DNA of 38,139 nt from a virus (Duplodnaviria; Caudoviricetes). The notes under the pieces are model-generated. The model saw nothing but the letters and a program-made list of their open reading frames with translations, did not search any database and had not been told where the DNA came from. The translations under genes and the position numbers were made by a program. The stretch is taken from IMG/VR virus record IMGVR_UViG_3300033513_000030, positions 1-38,139 of that record; one strand, 5' to 3'. Every line of letters begins with the position of its first letter. Positions within the stretch are counted from its first letter, which is position 1. Below, piece by piece: positions 17,493-26,087 of this stretch.

Positions 17493-18806
17493 TCACTCCA
17501 TCCTCACAAACCGCTTCCGGTTCTTGAGCCTGCCCGCCCCGTCGTTTCCCGCCGCAATCTTGTAGGCGTTAACGACCACGTCCATCTGCCCGAGCCTCTT
17601 CACCTTCGCGCCAGGCTCGACCGCGACGAAGATCACGCTGCCGTCCGCTTCGCTTTTAACGTAGGCAAGGTTGGCGTGCTCGTTGTCCCAATACACGGCA
17701 TCCGGGCTGGCCACCACCAGCGGCAGGCTCTGGAACTCCTCGGTGGTGAGCGCGATTCCGTCTTCCCGGTGCTTGGGGCTGTCGGCGTGCACCAGGCGTT
17801 TGGCGGGCAAGGTGAGCACACGGGCCGGCTCCTGGGCACCCTGTTTCCTGGCGAATTCGGCCACCTCTTCGGAGACGAAGCCCACGGTCTGGGCGTCGTT
17901 TCCGGGGTGGCGCTTCTCCAGGGTTTCCTTCACCCAGGCCCCGAACACCTGGTGGCGCAGCTCTGAATTGTTTAACGCCTGAACCGCCTGGATGCGGATC
18001 GCGCGGTCCTTCTGCGCGGAGATCTTGCGCATCACCTCGGCGTCATTGCCGAACACAGACTGGCCGGGGTTGTAGCTCCAGCCAGCGTCGGGGAAGAACA
18101 GCTTGTCCTGTCCGTCGACCTTGACGCGCAGCGCCTTGACCTGCACCACACCGCCGTCGTGCATCGGGATTTCGTGGTCGATGATCTTGCCGTCGGAGGA
18201 TTGCGGCGTGTAACCCTCCCGTTCCAGGGCAGCGCCGGTCATGGCGCGTACCCGGCAGCGGCAGTTGAAACCGTTCGGCGGGTAGAAGGTGGACCAGAAC
18301 GGATCGTCGTAGCGGTAGGTGCGTCCATTCATGGCACGGTGCATGGGCCGGGTGCGGCCGTCGAGCACCGCGACATACTGCCAGTACGGGTGCGTGTCCG
18401 CGCTCTCCATCTGCCGCCGGTAGCGCCCGGCCATGTAGGCCGTCTGCAGGTTGGTCTGGTAGATGGTGCGCAGCCGCCGCGGGCTGCCGAGCTGGGCGGT
18501 GGTGGCCTCGCCGGTCTCGGTGTTGATGTGGTCCGTGGTGCCCCACCAGCCCTTGCTCTGCAGGATGGGCGTTAAATTCTTGCGGAAGTCGCGGAGCGTG
18601 GTGCCGTTCGCTATGGCGTCGTCCACCGCCTGGCGCATGTCCTGCAGGATGTCGGAGTTCATCACCTTGGCCACGGTGAACGCCTTGGCCTGCTGCTCCT
18701 GCCACAGCTCGCGCCAGTCCCAGGTGATGGAATAGCCCTTGGCCTGGAAGTATTCGATGGCCTTCTCTGGAGGGAGACCGAAGGCCTTCAGGTCAGGCTT
18801 CTCCAT
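17493..18806 (-). CDS. MuF (gp30) minor head protein with C-terminal putative BECR/PBECR-type RNase domain
   Basis: AFTVAK, RL.TIY.TN, D.RTRP.H, PPNGFNCRC MuF motifs, then about 180 extra residues (H...KH...LP.VV.SPDAVYWD...NLAYV...VVNAYK). Start reset to MEKPDL. Confidence 0.85.
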   Translation of the reverse strand: MEKPDLKAFGLPPEKAIEYFQAKGYSITWDWRELWQEQQAKAFTVAKVMNSDILQDMRQAVDDAIANGTTLRDFRKNLTPILQSKGWWGTTDHINTETGEATTAQLGSPRRLRTIYQTNLQTAYMAGRYRRQMESADTHPYWQYVAVLDGRTRPMHRAMNGRTYRYDDPFWSTFYPPNGFNCRCRVRAMTGAALEREGYTPQSSDGKIIDHEIPMHDGGVVQVKALRVKVDGQDKLFFPDAGWSYNPGQSVFGNDAEVMRKISAQKDRAIRIQAVQALNNSELRHQVFGAWVKETLEKRHPGNDAQTVGFVSEEVAEFARKQGAQEPARVLTLPAKRLVHADSPKHREDGIALTTEEFQSLPLVVASPDAVYWDNEHANLAYVKSEADGSVIFVAVEPGAKVKRLGQMDVVVNAYKIAAGNDGAGRLKNRKRFVRME

Positions 18807-20373
18807 TCGACACGCGCCCCCACACCTCGGACACGAACATTGCGCGCGCCAGAACATCTTCGAGCTGCTGCGTGTTCATAGACGGGAAGATCTCGGAGAG
18901 CCTGGCATGCACCTCGGCGTAGTCGGCCGAGGCGGCGATCATCGCCAGCACGGGCTTGAGCGCTTCCACGGCCTGGCCCTGCAGCACGCCGGGCGCGATG
19001 GATTCCACCATCGCATCGAGCACGGCCTGGTCCGGGTAGTCGTTGCCCGCCTGGGCGGATAGTGCGGCAACTGCCGCTGCCTGGGCGGCCGGTTCCGCTG
19101 GCGGCAGTGTCAGCTGTGGCTGCGCCACGGTCAGGATGCGCTCTCCCTCCTCCGGCGTTGGGACCCCGATCTGGCGCGCGGCCCACTCCTCCGGGATGCG
19201 CATGCCGACTCCGACCAGCTTGGGCAGGGCATCGGCGTAGGCCGTGATGTCCTCGGTTTCCTGCACGGCGAACACGAAGCGCGGGCAGCGGCGCAGGTCG
19301 TCGATTCCCCCCTTGTTGAGCGCGAGCACCGGGAACACCAGGTCGCGGGTGAGCGTGCGGCCGAGCTGGACGGCGTCGGATTCCAGGATGTCGTGCCGCA
19401 CGTCGTCGTGGACGTTACCGAGCGCGTTGGTGCTGCTCTTGCCGTCGGCTTGGCTGGTGAGCGTGCCGCCCAGGATGGCCTTGCTTTCGCTGCGCTCTGC
19501 CCAGGAGATCATGGCCTCGAACGGGGTGTGCGTACCCTTGGCGGCTTCCTGGAACTCGATCATCATGCCGTCTGGGATGATCCCGGCTGCATTGTGCCCG
19601 ATGGACGCCAACGCCTGCAGGAGCGTGTCCTTTTCCTTTGGGCCGGACCCGACCGGGTATTTGCCGACGCGCATCGGCAGGCCGTATATCTCCAGGAACT
19701 CGGCGAGATCTCCGACCGAGTATGCCTTGAACAGGTAGGGCCATGCCAGCACGCGATGCAGCCCGGCGCGCGCGAGGTATCCGCTCTTCGCCTTGTGGAT
19801 GTGGGTGATCCAGCCGAACTGGATCAGCTCAGCGCCATCCAGCGTATTGTCGCGCAGGCGTATCTGGCTGCGCGTCTCGCGGTCGGTCTGGAACCAGGTT
19901 TGGGGGCGCAGATCGATCTTGCCGGGAAACCATTCGCTGCCCAGCCGTTGCCACTCGATCTCCTGGCAAGCAAAGCCGTGGCCGATGGCATCAAGGGCAT
20001 CGAGAATGACATCCTCAAAGTCCGGGACGTCCTGAATCAGCCCCTTGGCGTATCCTGCCAGTTTGCGCTCCGTTGCGCTCGCCCCGCGCGGCGGAACGAT
20101 GTCCCAATCGACGGTGAGCAGAGCCCGCTTGCGCTTCGCCATTTCGGCGTAGATGTGGGCGTCCCTTTCCTCCATGTCCAGGAACAATTCGTGCTGTGCG
20201 CGAAGATCTCCCTGCTCGGCAGATTCCATAATGCGGGCCAGCCTCGCAGGCGTTAATCCTCTGCTGGGGTGGCTGTCGAATTCCCGATGAAGCCACGCCA
20301 CCCTGGATGTCTGCGGCTCCTCCACCGCGTCCAGCTTCAGCGGTTTTCCGTTCACGTCCACGATGTCTACCAT
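18793..20373 (-). CDS. Portal protein (Mu gp29, DUF935)
   Basis: HPSRGLTP.RL, LF.DMEERD.H, FLEIYGLP.RVGKY, SKAILGGTLT motifs. Confidence 0.95.
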   Translation of the reverse strand: MVDIVDVNGKPLKLDAVEEPQTSRVAWLHREFDSHPSRGLTPARLARIMESAEQGDLRAQHELFLDMEERDAHIYAEMAKRKRALLTVDWDIVPPRGASATERKLAGYAKGLIQDVPDFEDVILDALDAIGHGFACQEIEWQRLGSEWFPGKIDLRPQTWFQTDRETRSQIRLRDNTLDGAELIQFGWITHIHKAKSGYLARAGLHRVLAWPYLFKAYSVGDLAEFLEIYGLPMRVGKYPVGSGPKEKDTLLQALASIGHNAAGIIPDGMMIEFQEAAKGTHTPFEAMISWAERSESKAILGGTLTSQADGKSSTNALGNVHDDVRHDILESDAVQLGRTLTRDLVFPVLALNKGGIDDLRRCPRFVFAVQETEDITAYADALPKLVGVGMRIPEEWAARQIGVPTPEEGERILTVAQPQLTLPPAEPAAQAAAVAALSAQAGNDYPDQAVLDAMVESIAPGVLQGQAVEALKPVLAMIAASADYAEVHARLSEIFPSMNTQQLEDVLARAMFVSEVWGRVSNGEA

Positions 20374-21851
20374 GTTCCGCCTCCAGTACTAAATCTCCCA
20401 CCTTTCGGCACGGGCGTGAATTCGATGGGCGCAGGCTCCATGCCAAAAACAGCATAGGTGGCCAGCACCAGAGCCACCGCGCTGTCGCCGTGACGGGCCA
20501 GGCCGTCGCTGCCGCGCACGCTGGCGCTGTCTGGCACCTTCGCCACGCCCTTGTCCATGACGACCGTCCGGAGATCCGCCAGGATGTCTGCGTCCTTCGG
20601 CGCGACCAGCGTCTTGTCCTCGAATGCGGCCTTGAAACGCGGCATGTTCTCGCGGTACCACTCCTGGGACAGCATGACCTGCTCGATGCGGGTGGGACCA
20701 TAGCGCTGCACTGCTACCTCGGCCAGGTACTGGCCGTTGCCGCGCGCGTCCATCGCGCCGCCGCGGAAGCGCGGAAGCCGATCCACGATGTAGAACAGGA
20801 TTTGCTTCTGCTGCTCGAATGGGACGTTCCGCAGCTCGACCACGAAGGGGGTTTCCAGCTTGAGCGTGCGGGTCTGCGCCAGCGGCCAGATCACGGTCAG
20901 GTCGCCGTTGCGGGCGAAGTCCTCGCCGAAGCTGTGGTCGAGGTTTAGGTCAAGCTTCTCAAGCAGCGGGCGCAGGTGCTCCTCGCACCAATCCCGCGTC
21001 TCGGCCTCGCGGATGTGCTGAGGCCGCAGGGTGAAGCTGTCCGGCTGCGGCAGGCGCACCACGGGGATGCCTTCCTGCATGCACGCCTCGATCATGACCC
21101 GCGTTAAATACTTGCCGGTTCCGGCGCTGGGGATGACGTCCAGTTCCTCGGCGGCCGTTTCTCCGTATTGCGCGTAAATCTTGGCGCGCCATTCGGCCTG
21201 GGTCTTTTCCTTGAGGCGATTGCCCTGGATGAGTTTAACGCGGTCGTAAAGTCCATCTGCCAGCGCGTCGTCGAAGGTGGTACGGTGCAGCGAATAAGGC
21301 AGCTTGCCTGCACGTATGTCGTTGACCATCTCGTTGAACGGGTTGGCGTCGCCGTCGTGCGAGGACATCACCCGCACCTTGCCGCCCCAGATCAGCATGG
21401 CCAGCGCGGCCTTGAGCAGGCCGGTAAGGTCGTCATGGAACGCGGCTTCGTCTATGGTGACCTTGCCCTGCTTGCCGCGGATCGAGCGCGGGCGGCTGGA
21501 GAGGGCCAGAATCTTGCGGCCGGACGCGAAGTCGATGCGGAATGCCTTGATCTGCTGGGTGTCGCCGTTTTCGTCGGTGTCGTCGAACAGCGTCTCGCCC
21601 ACGGCGCTGGCCGCGAAGTTGAACGCCTTGGCCCACATGGCGCAGTCGTCGATATACTCGCGCGTCATGTCCTCGCTGTAGCCGATGTACATGGCGTCCA
21701 TTGCGTTTTCCGCCGGGGCGGCCGTCATCACCGAATCGGCAGCATCCGTCCACGATGCTCCGATACGGCGCGACTTTTCCCACACCGCCACATCGGCCTG
21801 ATCGGCGACCCAGGACTTCTGGTATCCCAGGAGAACGGCGGGGGTTGCCAT
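20367..21851 (-). CDS. Terminase large subunit (Mu gp28)
   Basis: EKSRRIG.SW, RGKQG.V.IDEAAFH, G.DFAR.GD, HGD.A.A motifs. Confidence 0.95.
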   Translation of the reverse strand: MATPAVLLGYQKSWVADQADVAVWEKSRRIGASWTDAADSVMTAAPAENAMDAMYIGYSEDMTREYIDDCAMWAKAFNFAASAVGETLFDDTDENGDTQQIKAFRIDFASGRKILALSSRPRSIRGKQGKVTIDEAAFHDDLTGLLKAALAMLIWGGKVRVMSSHDGDANPFNEMVNDIRAGKLPYSLHRTTFDDALADGLYDRVKLIQGNRLKEKTQAEWRAKIYAQYGETAAEELDVIPSAGTGKYLTRVMIEACMQEGIPVVRLPQPDSFTLRPQHIREAETRDWCEEHLRPLLEKLDLNLDHSFGEDFARNGDLTVIWPLAQTRTLKLETPFVVELRNVPFEQQKQILFYIVDRLPRFRGGAMDARGNGQYLAEVAVQRYGPTRIEQVMLSQEWYRENMPRFKAAFEDKTLVAPKDADILADLRTVVMDKGVAKVPDSASVRGSDGLARHGDSAVALVLATYAVFGMEPAPIEFTPVPKGGRFSTGGGTW

Positions 21852-22363
21852 TACCCTGCGATTCCTAAAATTTCGCGGCGAATCTTTTCAGATGTTTCAG
21901 CCGACCATCCGCCCTTCAAGCCGATCGACACCACCGAATCTGCAACCTTCTCAGCTTTATCGCGCACTTCTGCGGCCCACTGCTTCTGCTTGACGGTGGC
22001 ATTCGACAGCCTTGCAACCATCAGGCCGATCTCCTTCATCGGCGCGCCTTCCTCCATCTTGAGCAGCGCCTCGAAAGCCTTTTGTTGAACGAGGCGGATA
22101 AGCGCATCGTTCATGGTTCCCGCATCGTCCGGCGCAGCTGCGGCAATGGCCGCGGCCTGCTCAGTGGCGAGCTTGACGGCATGGAGACGCTGTTCAAACT
22201 GCTGGCCGTAGCGGTGCAGGCTGGACTTGCCGATAGCGCACCCGCGCGCCTCCAGCTCCTTCTCCAGCAGTTCGTAGCCGGAGAAGTTGCCCTCGATCAG
22301 GGATTGGTCAAGCCATGCCTTGACCTCGGGCGGCAGTTGCCCGACCTTGGAGCGCGCAGGCAT
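21851..22363 (-). CDS. Terminase small subunit-like (Mu gp27, DUF3486)
   Basis: SKV..LP.EV, KSSLHRY, IR..ILGI motifs. Confidence 0.88.
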   Translation of the reverse strand: MPARSKVGQLPPEVKAWLDQSLIEGNFSGYELLEKELEARGCAIGKSSLHRYGQQFEQRLHAVKLATEQAAAIAAAAPDDAGTMNDALIRLVQQKAFEALLKMEEGAPMKEIGLMVARLSNATVKQKQWAAEVRDKAEKVADSVVSIGLKGGWSAETSEKIRREILGIAG

Positions 22364-22678
22364 TTATGCCTGCCCCCAGTACTTCACCGGGCGCGCGATG
22401 CCGGGATCGCAGTCCACAGTGTACTCGGCCACATCGGTGCCGTCCCGAGTGAGGTCGCCGAACCAGCGTCCGCCGGGCTCCTTCCTGAGCTGAACGAGGC
22501 CGCGGTCCGAGAGGTAATCAAGCTGCCTGCGCACTTCCAGAGCGGTAGCGTCCTGGTGCACGGCCTGGATGGTGGCCAGCAGCAGCTCCTCATATGCCCC
22601 GATCGGGCTGGCGTTGTAGAGCGTGAGCAGCACCAGCCAGCGCATGTTCTCGCGTCGAATCTTTTCCTGGTCAACCAT
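22364..22678 (-). CDS. Mu gp26-like winged-helix protein
   Basis: LDYL.DRGLV, LT..G.DVA......PGIARP motifs. Confidence 0.8.
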   Translation of the reverse strand: MVDQEKIRRENMRWLVLLTLYNASPIGAYEELLLATIQAVHQDATALEVRRQLDYLSDRGLVQLRKEPGGRWFGDLTRDGTDVAEYTVDCDPGIARPVKYWGQA

Positions 22679-23048
22679 TTTTGGCTCCCTGTATCTGCAG
22701 CAGCTCGATCTTGCTCATCACCGCGTCTATCTTGGTCTCGATGACCGTCTGGCCGCGCACGTAATCCTCCCGCCGGACGTAGTGCAGCGGCAAATCGCCC
22801 TTGAACATGAGGAAATCCTTTTCAAGCTGGCTTGTGGCACCTTCCAGCTTCCTGAATTCCTCGTTCCAGTGCTCGCTCGCTTCCGCGCGCGCCTTTTCCA
22901 GTGCCGCGAACTTCTCGTCCACGTGCTCCTTGAACTGGTGGACCAGCGTCTTGCCAAGCGTGGCCGTGATGCCCAGGAAAAAAACCAGCACGGCGCCACA
23001 GGCCGTGAGCAGGTGCCAAAGCTCGATACGCGTTCCCACTTCCATCAC
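22671..23048 (-). CDS. Membrane-anchored coiled-coil protein (Mu gp25-like)
   Basis: N-terminal TM helix; LP..YVRREDY motif. Confidence 0.7.
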   Translation of the reverse strand: MMEVGTRIELWHLLTACGAVLVFFLGITATLGKTLVHQFKEHVDEKFAALEKARAEASEHWNEEFRKLEGATSQLEKDFLMFKGDLPLHYVRREDYVRGQTVIETKIDAVMSKIELLQIQGAKNG

Positions 23049-23257
23049 TTCCCCCGTCTCTCATTTTTCGCCTGACATTCCAGGCAATACCTTACGCCCG
23101 GCACGGCCACGCGGCGCGCGTCCGGTATGCGTTTGCCACAGCCGGGAACCTCACACCACTTGGCGGACGGCCTCGTTGGCTTGGGCATGATCCCCCGCGC
23201 CTGGTTGCGCTCATATTCCTCCAGCTCCAGCGCCTGGGCGCGGTCGAATTGATCCAT
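23045..23257 (-). CDS. TraR/DksA C4 zinc-finger protein
   Basis: D.FDRAQ..E, C....CG..IP.ARR.A.PG...C..CQ. Confidence 0.88.
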   Translation of the reverse strand: MDQFDRAQALELEEYERNQARGIMPKPTRPSAKWCEVPGCGKRIPDARRVAVPGVRYCLECQAKNERRGK

Positions 23258-23263
23258 CGTCTC

Positions 23264-23851
23264 TTACCAGCGCACCCAGGCTCCGACACCGACGAAGGTT
23301 GACGGCGCGCCTTGGCCGCCCACGGGCTGGTCCAGGCTACCGATCGCACCGAAGCGCACGCCCTTTACCCCAAACAGGGACTGGCGCGCCTCCAGGCGGA
23401 ACGCCCGCACCCCGCCGCGCCAGCCGTAGTAGAGGCCCGCATCGCCTGCGGTATCTAAGGCCAGCAGCGGCATGGCGTCGCGCACCACGTAGGTCTCGGT
23501 TGCGCCGGTCCGCGTGTCGATCACCGTGGCCACGGTCTGGGGGTGGTCGTCCGCCGGCACGCGGCTGGCCTCGATCACGCGCCGGTTGGCGTCGGCCTGC
23601 ACGGCGTCCGGCAGGCGCAGCTTCTGCTTGGCCTCGGGCGCGTAGGTTTTAACGGTTCCGGAAGCGATGGGCGTGTCGGCCTTGGTCTCGCGGGATAGGA
23701 CCGGCTCCGGCCGGGCCGCGACGGCCACCCCCACGGGCGGCCGGTCGGTGCCGCCCGTCGCGCCCTGGTAGATCACCACGGCGAGCACCGCGCTCTCCAC
23801 GGCGATCACGACCTCGCGCCAGCGCGTCTGGAAGAACTCCACGCTATTCAC
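23264..23851 (-). CDS. Lysis-cassette membrane protein in the spanin slot
   Basis: Follows the endolysin; N-terminal hydrophobic segment and C-terminal amphipathic beta-strands ending in W. Confidence 0.6.
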   Translation of the reverse strand: MNSVEFFQTRWREVVIAVESAVLAVVIYQGATGGTDRPPVGVAVAARPEPVLSRETKADTPIASGTVKTYAPEAKQKLRLPDAVQADANRRVIEASRVPADDHPQTVATVIDTRTGATETYVVRDAMPLLALDTAGDAGLYYGWRGGVRAFRLEARQSLFGVKGVRFGAIGSLDQPVGGQGAPSTFVGVGAWVRW

Positions 23852-24473
23852 CGCAATCGATCACGTTTCCCCAGGCGGCATACACCGGCTGCCACCTGAT
23901 CAGGATGTAGCGCGGGTAGCCCCGGTTCTCGGCGTAGCTGGCGGCCACGCGGCCCGCGTTAAACCGCTCCACCTGGCCGAACCAGCGCCCCTCGTCGCCC
24001 CCGCCCTCGCGCGCGACCTTCTGGTCGCGGTAGACCCAGCCGAGGCCGCCGTTGTAGGCGGACAGGGCCATCGCCATGTGTGAGCACTCGTCGTCTGCCT
24101 GGATGCGGTCCCACAGCCACTTGTCGTAAAGCGTTAAAGCGCGCAGCGCCCATACCGGGTTGGTTGGCTGGGCGTCGCCCAGCTTGTACGCCTGGCCGAT
24201 CCAGTTGGCCGTCTTCGGCATGAATTGCGCCATGCCCTTCGCGCCTACCACGCTGACCGCATCCGAGCGCCAGCGACTCTCCTGCTGAATTTGCGCGGCG
24301 AACACCGGTACCGGGGCGTTGATACCCCACGCCAGGCGGGCGTTGCGGGTGAGGTCGCGCTGGTAGCGGACGGCGGCGTGCGGCACCTGGTCTGCAAATG
24401 CCAGCAGCGGAAGGAACATAACCGCCGCCACCAGGAGCAGCGCCATACGGATTTGCCTGCGCGAGAACCGCAC
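23844..24473 (-). CDS. Endolysin, SLT lytic transglycosylase with N-terminal signal/SAR segment
   Basis: AAQI.QES.W, GA.GMAQFMP.T, ALSAYNGG.G, ENRGYP motifs. Confidence 0.92.
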   Translation of the reverse strand: MRFSRRQIRMALLLVAAVMFLPLLAFADQVPHAAVRYQRDLTRNARLAWGINAPVPVFAAQIQQESRWRSDAVSVVGAKGMAQFMPKTANWIGQAYKLGDAQPTNPVWALRALTLYDKWLWDRIQADDECSHMAMALSAYNGGLGWVYRDQKVAREGGGDEGRWFGQVERFNAGRVAASYAENRGYPRYILIRWQPVYAAWGNVIDCGE

Positions 24474-24475
24474 GG

Positions 24476-24760
24476 TCAGGCGCCCAGGGCCGAGGCGATC
24501 ATGCAGGCGCAGACGATCGCAGCCCTGCGCAGCTGCGCGGCGGCAATTATGGGCGCCCCGCCCACCACGTATTCGAGCTTATCCGGCCGGGCGTAGGGGA
24601 ACAGGCTGCGGTCGATCCAATAGCCCACCCAGGCGGCGGTGGTGATGAGCGAGAGCTTGTACATCGACACGCCTAGTTGCTGTGGCGCGGTGAACCAGAT
24701 GGCAACCAGCAGCACAACGGAGATCAGCAACCATTCGGCCATGCGTAGCTTTTCCTTCAT
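24476..24760 (-). CDS. Putative holin (2/3 TM family)
   Basis: PQQLGV..YKLSL, GYW.DRSLFPYARP, LRRA.IV motifs; start reset to MKEKLR. Confidence 0.85.
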   Translation of the reverse strand: MKEKLRMAEWLLISVVLLVAIWFTAPQQLGVSMYKLSLITTAAWVGYWIDRSLFPYARPDKLEYVVGGAPIIAAAQLRRAAIVCACMIASALGA

Positions 24761-24930
24761 TTCTTCTTCCTCCATTTTGACGGGGTGAAATAACAGGGAA
24801 ACTTGCCTGACGTGTAGCTGGGCGAATTGATGAGCGAGCATCGCCCGAAGCCCTTCATGCGTTCGTCATGGTGGGGACTCCAGGTGCTGCAGGTCGCGCA
24901 GCGCTTCGCATTGTCTGGCTTGGCACCCAT
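24757..24930 (-). CDS. Small Cys-rich protein (57 aa), not in the ORF track
   Basis: MGAKPDNAKRCATCSTW...GRC...PCYFTPSKWRKKK; starts right after the late promoter; stop overlaps the holin ATG. Confidence 0.65.
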   Translation of the reverse strand: MGAKPDNAKRCATCSTWSPHHDERMKGFGRCSLINSPSYTSGKFPCYFTPSKWRKKK

Positions 24931-24936
24931 CCGCGC

Positions 24937-24983
24937 AGATTACGCGCGCGCGCGGGACGGGTTAAGGCGGAAGCGGTTCCGCC
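24937..24983 (-). promoter_or_regulatory. Late promoter 1 (P_lys-like)
   Basis: GGCGGAACCGCTTCCGCC-TTAAC, 18 nt, TAATCT, 6 nt, ATG. Confidence 0.8.
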
Positions 24984-25012
24984 AAAGAAAAAGCCCCGCG
25001 CGGGGCGGGGCT
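24984..25012 (-). terminator. Rho-independent terminator closing the early/middle region
   Basis: AGCCCCGC-5 nt-GCGGGGCT followed by TTTTCTTT on the - strand. Confidence 0.8.
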
Positions 25013-25037
25013 GGGGCGCCGGTAGCGGACGGCTTGG

Positions 25038-25664
25038 TCAGTCCGTGCGATCGGTGAATCCGGTCACCACGCCGTTCTGGACATATACCCAATTGTGGGT
25101 GGTACGGTAGGTCTCGATCGTTCCCTTCTGGGTGACGGTTTCGGTCTCGTAGATCGCGCCCAGGCATTGCTCCAGACGTTTTATCTTCATGCCGACGCGC
25201 AGCGCCATGTAGTCCTTACCGCACTGGCGCTTGAGCGCAGCCTCCTCCTTTTCTTCCTCCGTTTCCCACGGCTTCTTAGGTGCATCTGGATCGCACGGCA
25301 GGTACATTAATTGGCCTGCGACCTTTGTCATCACGTCGCAGCTTTTATTGGGATCGGCTTTCATCTTGCTTAGCTTGAAGGAACGGTCCATTAGGTCCTT
25401 CGCGTACTGGACCAGTTCTCCCCACCCTTCCTTCGCCGACTTGCGTTGCCAATCCTGCGCGTCTGGCTTTGCTAACGTTTCCCGAAATTCAGCGATGCGG
25501 TCCGCCACATCGCCGAGCTTGTCCTGCAGGTCTTCGCACTGGCTTTTGGATATTTTTCGGCCGTCTCGCCATCTGCAATGATTGATGTCATCAAGCAATG
25601 CGGATTCGGCAAAGCAGACGGAGGCCGCCAGAGTTAGGACTATTGCTGCAAGTATTCTCGCCAT
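25038..25664 (-). CDS. Secreted hypothetical protein (moron-like)
   Basis: Sec-type signal MARILAAIVLTLAASVCFA; good RBS; AT-richer 5' two-thirds. Confidence 0.7.
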   Translation of the reverse strand: MARILAAIVLTLAASVCFAESALLDDINHCRWRDGRKISKSQCEDLQDKLGDVADRIAEFRETLAKPDAQDWQRKSAKEGWGELVQYAKDLMDRSFKLSKMKADPNKSCDVMTKVAGQLMYLPCDPDAPKKPWETEEEKEEAALKRQCGKDYMALRVGMKIKRLEQCLGAIYETETVTQKGTIETYRTTHNWVYVQNGVVTGFTDRTD

Positions 25665-25694
25665 GCTCTTCTCCCTTCGTTAAAAATGCACACT

Positions 25695-26087
25695 CTAAAA
25701 CAGGCCAGACTGCCTGTCATCCTCCAGCTCGCCGCAGATCGTCCTGATCTGGCGCTCTGTGAGGCGGTGGTCCAGCGCCAGCGTGCGGACCGGGGCGCCG
25801 GTGCCACGGAGGTGGCGTATCCGGGCGTCGCGCACCGCGCGGACGGCGCGCTCGGCCTTGGGGATGTCGAAATGCGGCTCGCCGCCGTACATGGCCTGGA
25901 GCTTTTCGGCGGCCTCGCGGCCGATCTGGCGCACCAGGGGGTGGTCATCTTCCAGCTGGAGTTTCGGCACGTACAAGCGCACGCCGCCGTAGGCTTGCAC
26001 CAGGGCGAGGGTGTGCTGCAGGCCGATCAGCTCCACGAAGTCCTGGAGGATGGGCGGCAGGAGGTCAGCGTCAATGGAGACGGTCAC
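25695..26087 (-). CDS. mor: Mor/C-family transcription activator
   Basis: LV..YGG.RLYVP, RDARI, LA..H.LTERQI..I motifs; GTG start overlaps gemA stop. Confidence 0.88.
   Translation of the reverse strand: MTVSIDADLLPPILQDFVELIGLQHTLALVQAYGGVRLYVPKLQLEDDHPLVRQIGREAAEKLQAMYGGEPHFDIPKAERAVRAVRDARIRHLRGTGAPVRTLALDHRLTERQIRTICGELEDDRQSGLF

Noticed and set aside
23092-23349. Embedded Rz1/o-spanin ORF
   Set aside because: No hydrophobic signal or lipobox; overlaps the TraR-like gene.
7851-24983. Palindromic repeat as a CRISPR or REP element
   Set aside because: Three isolated copies, each at an operon start with fixed -10 spacing; no array and no cas genes.
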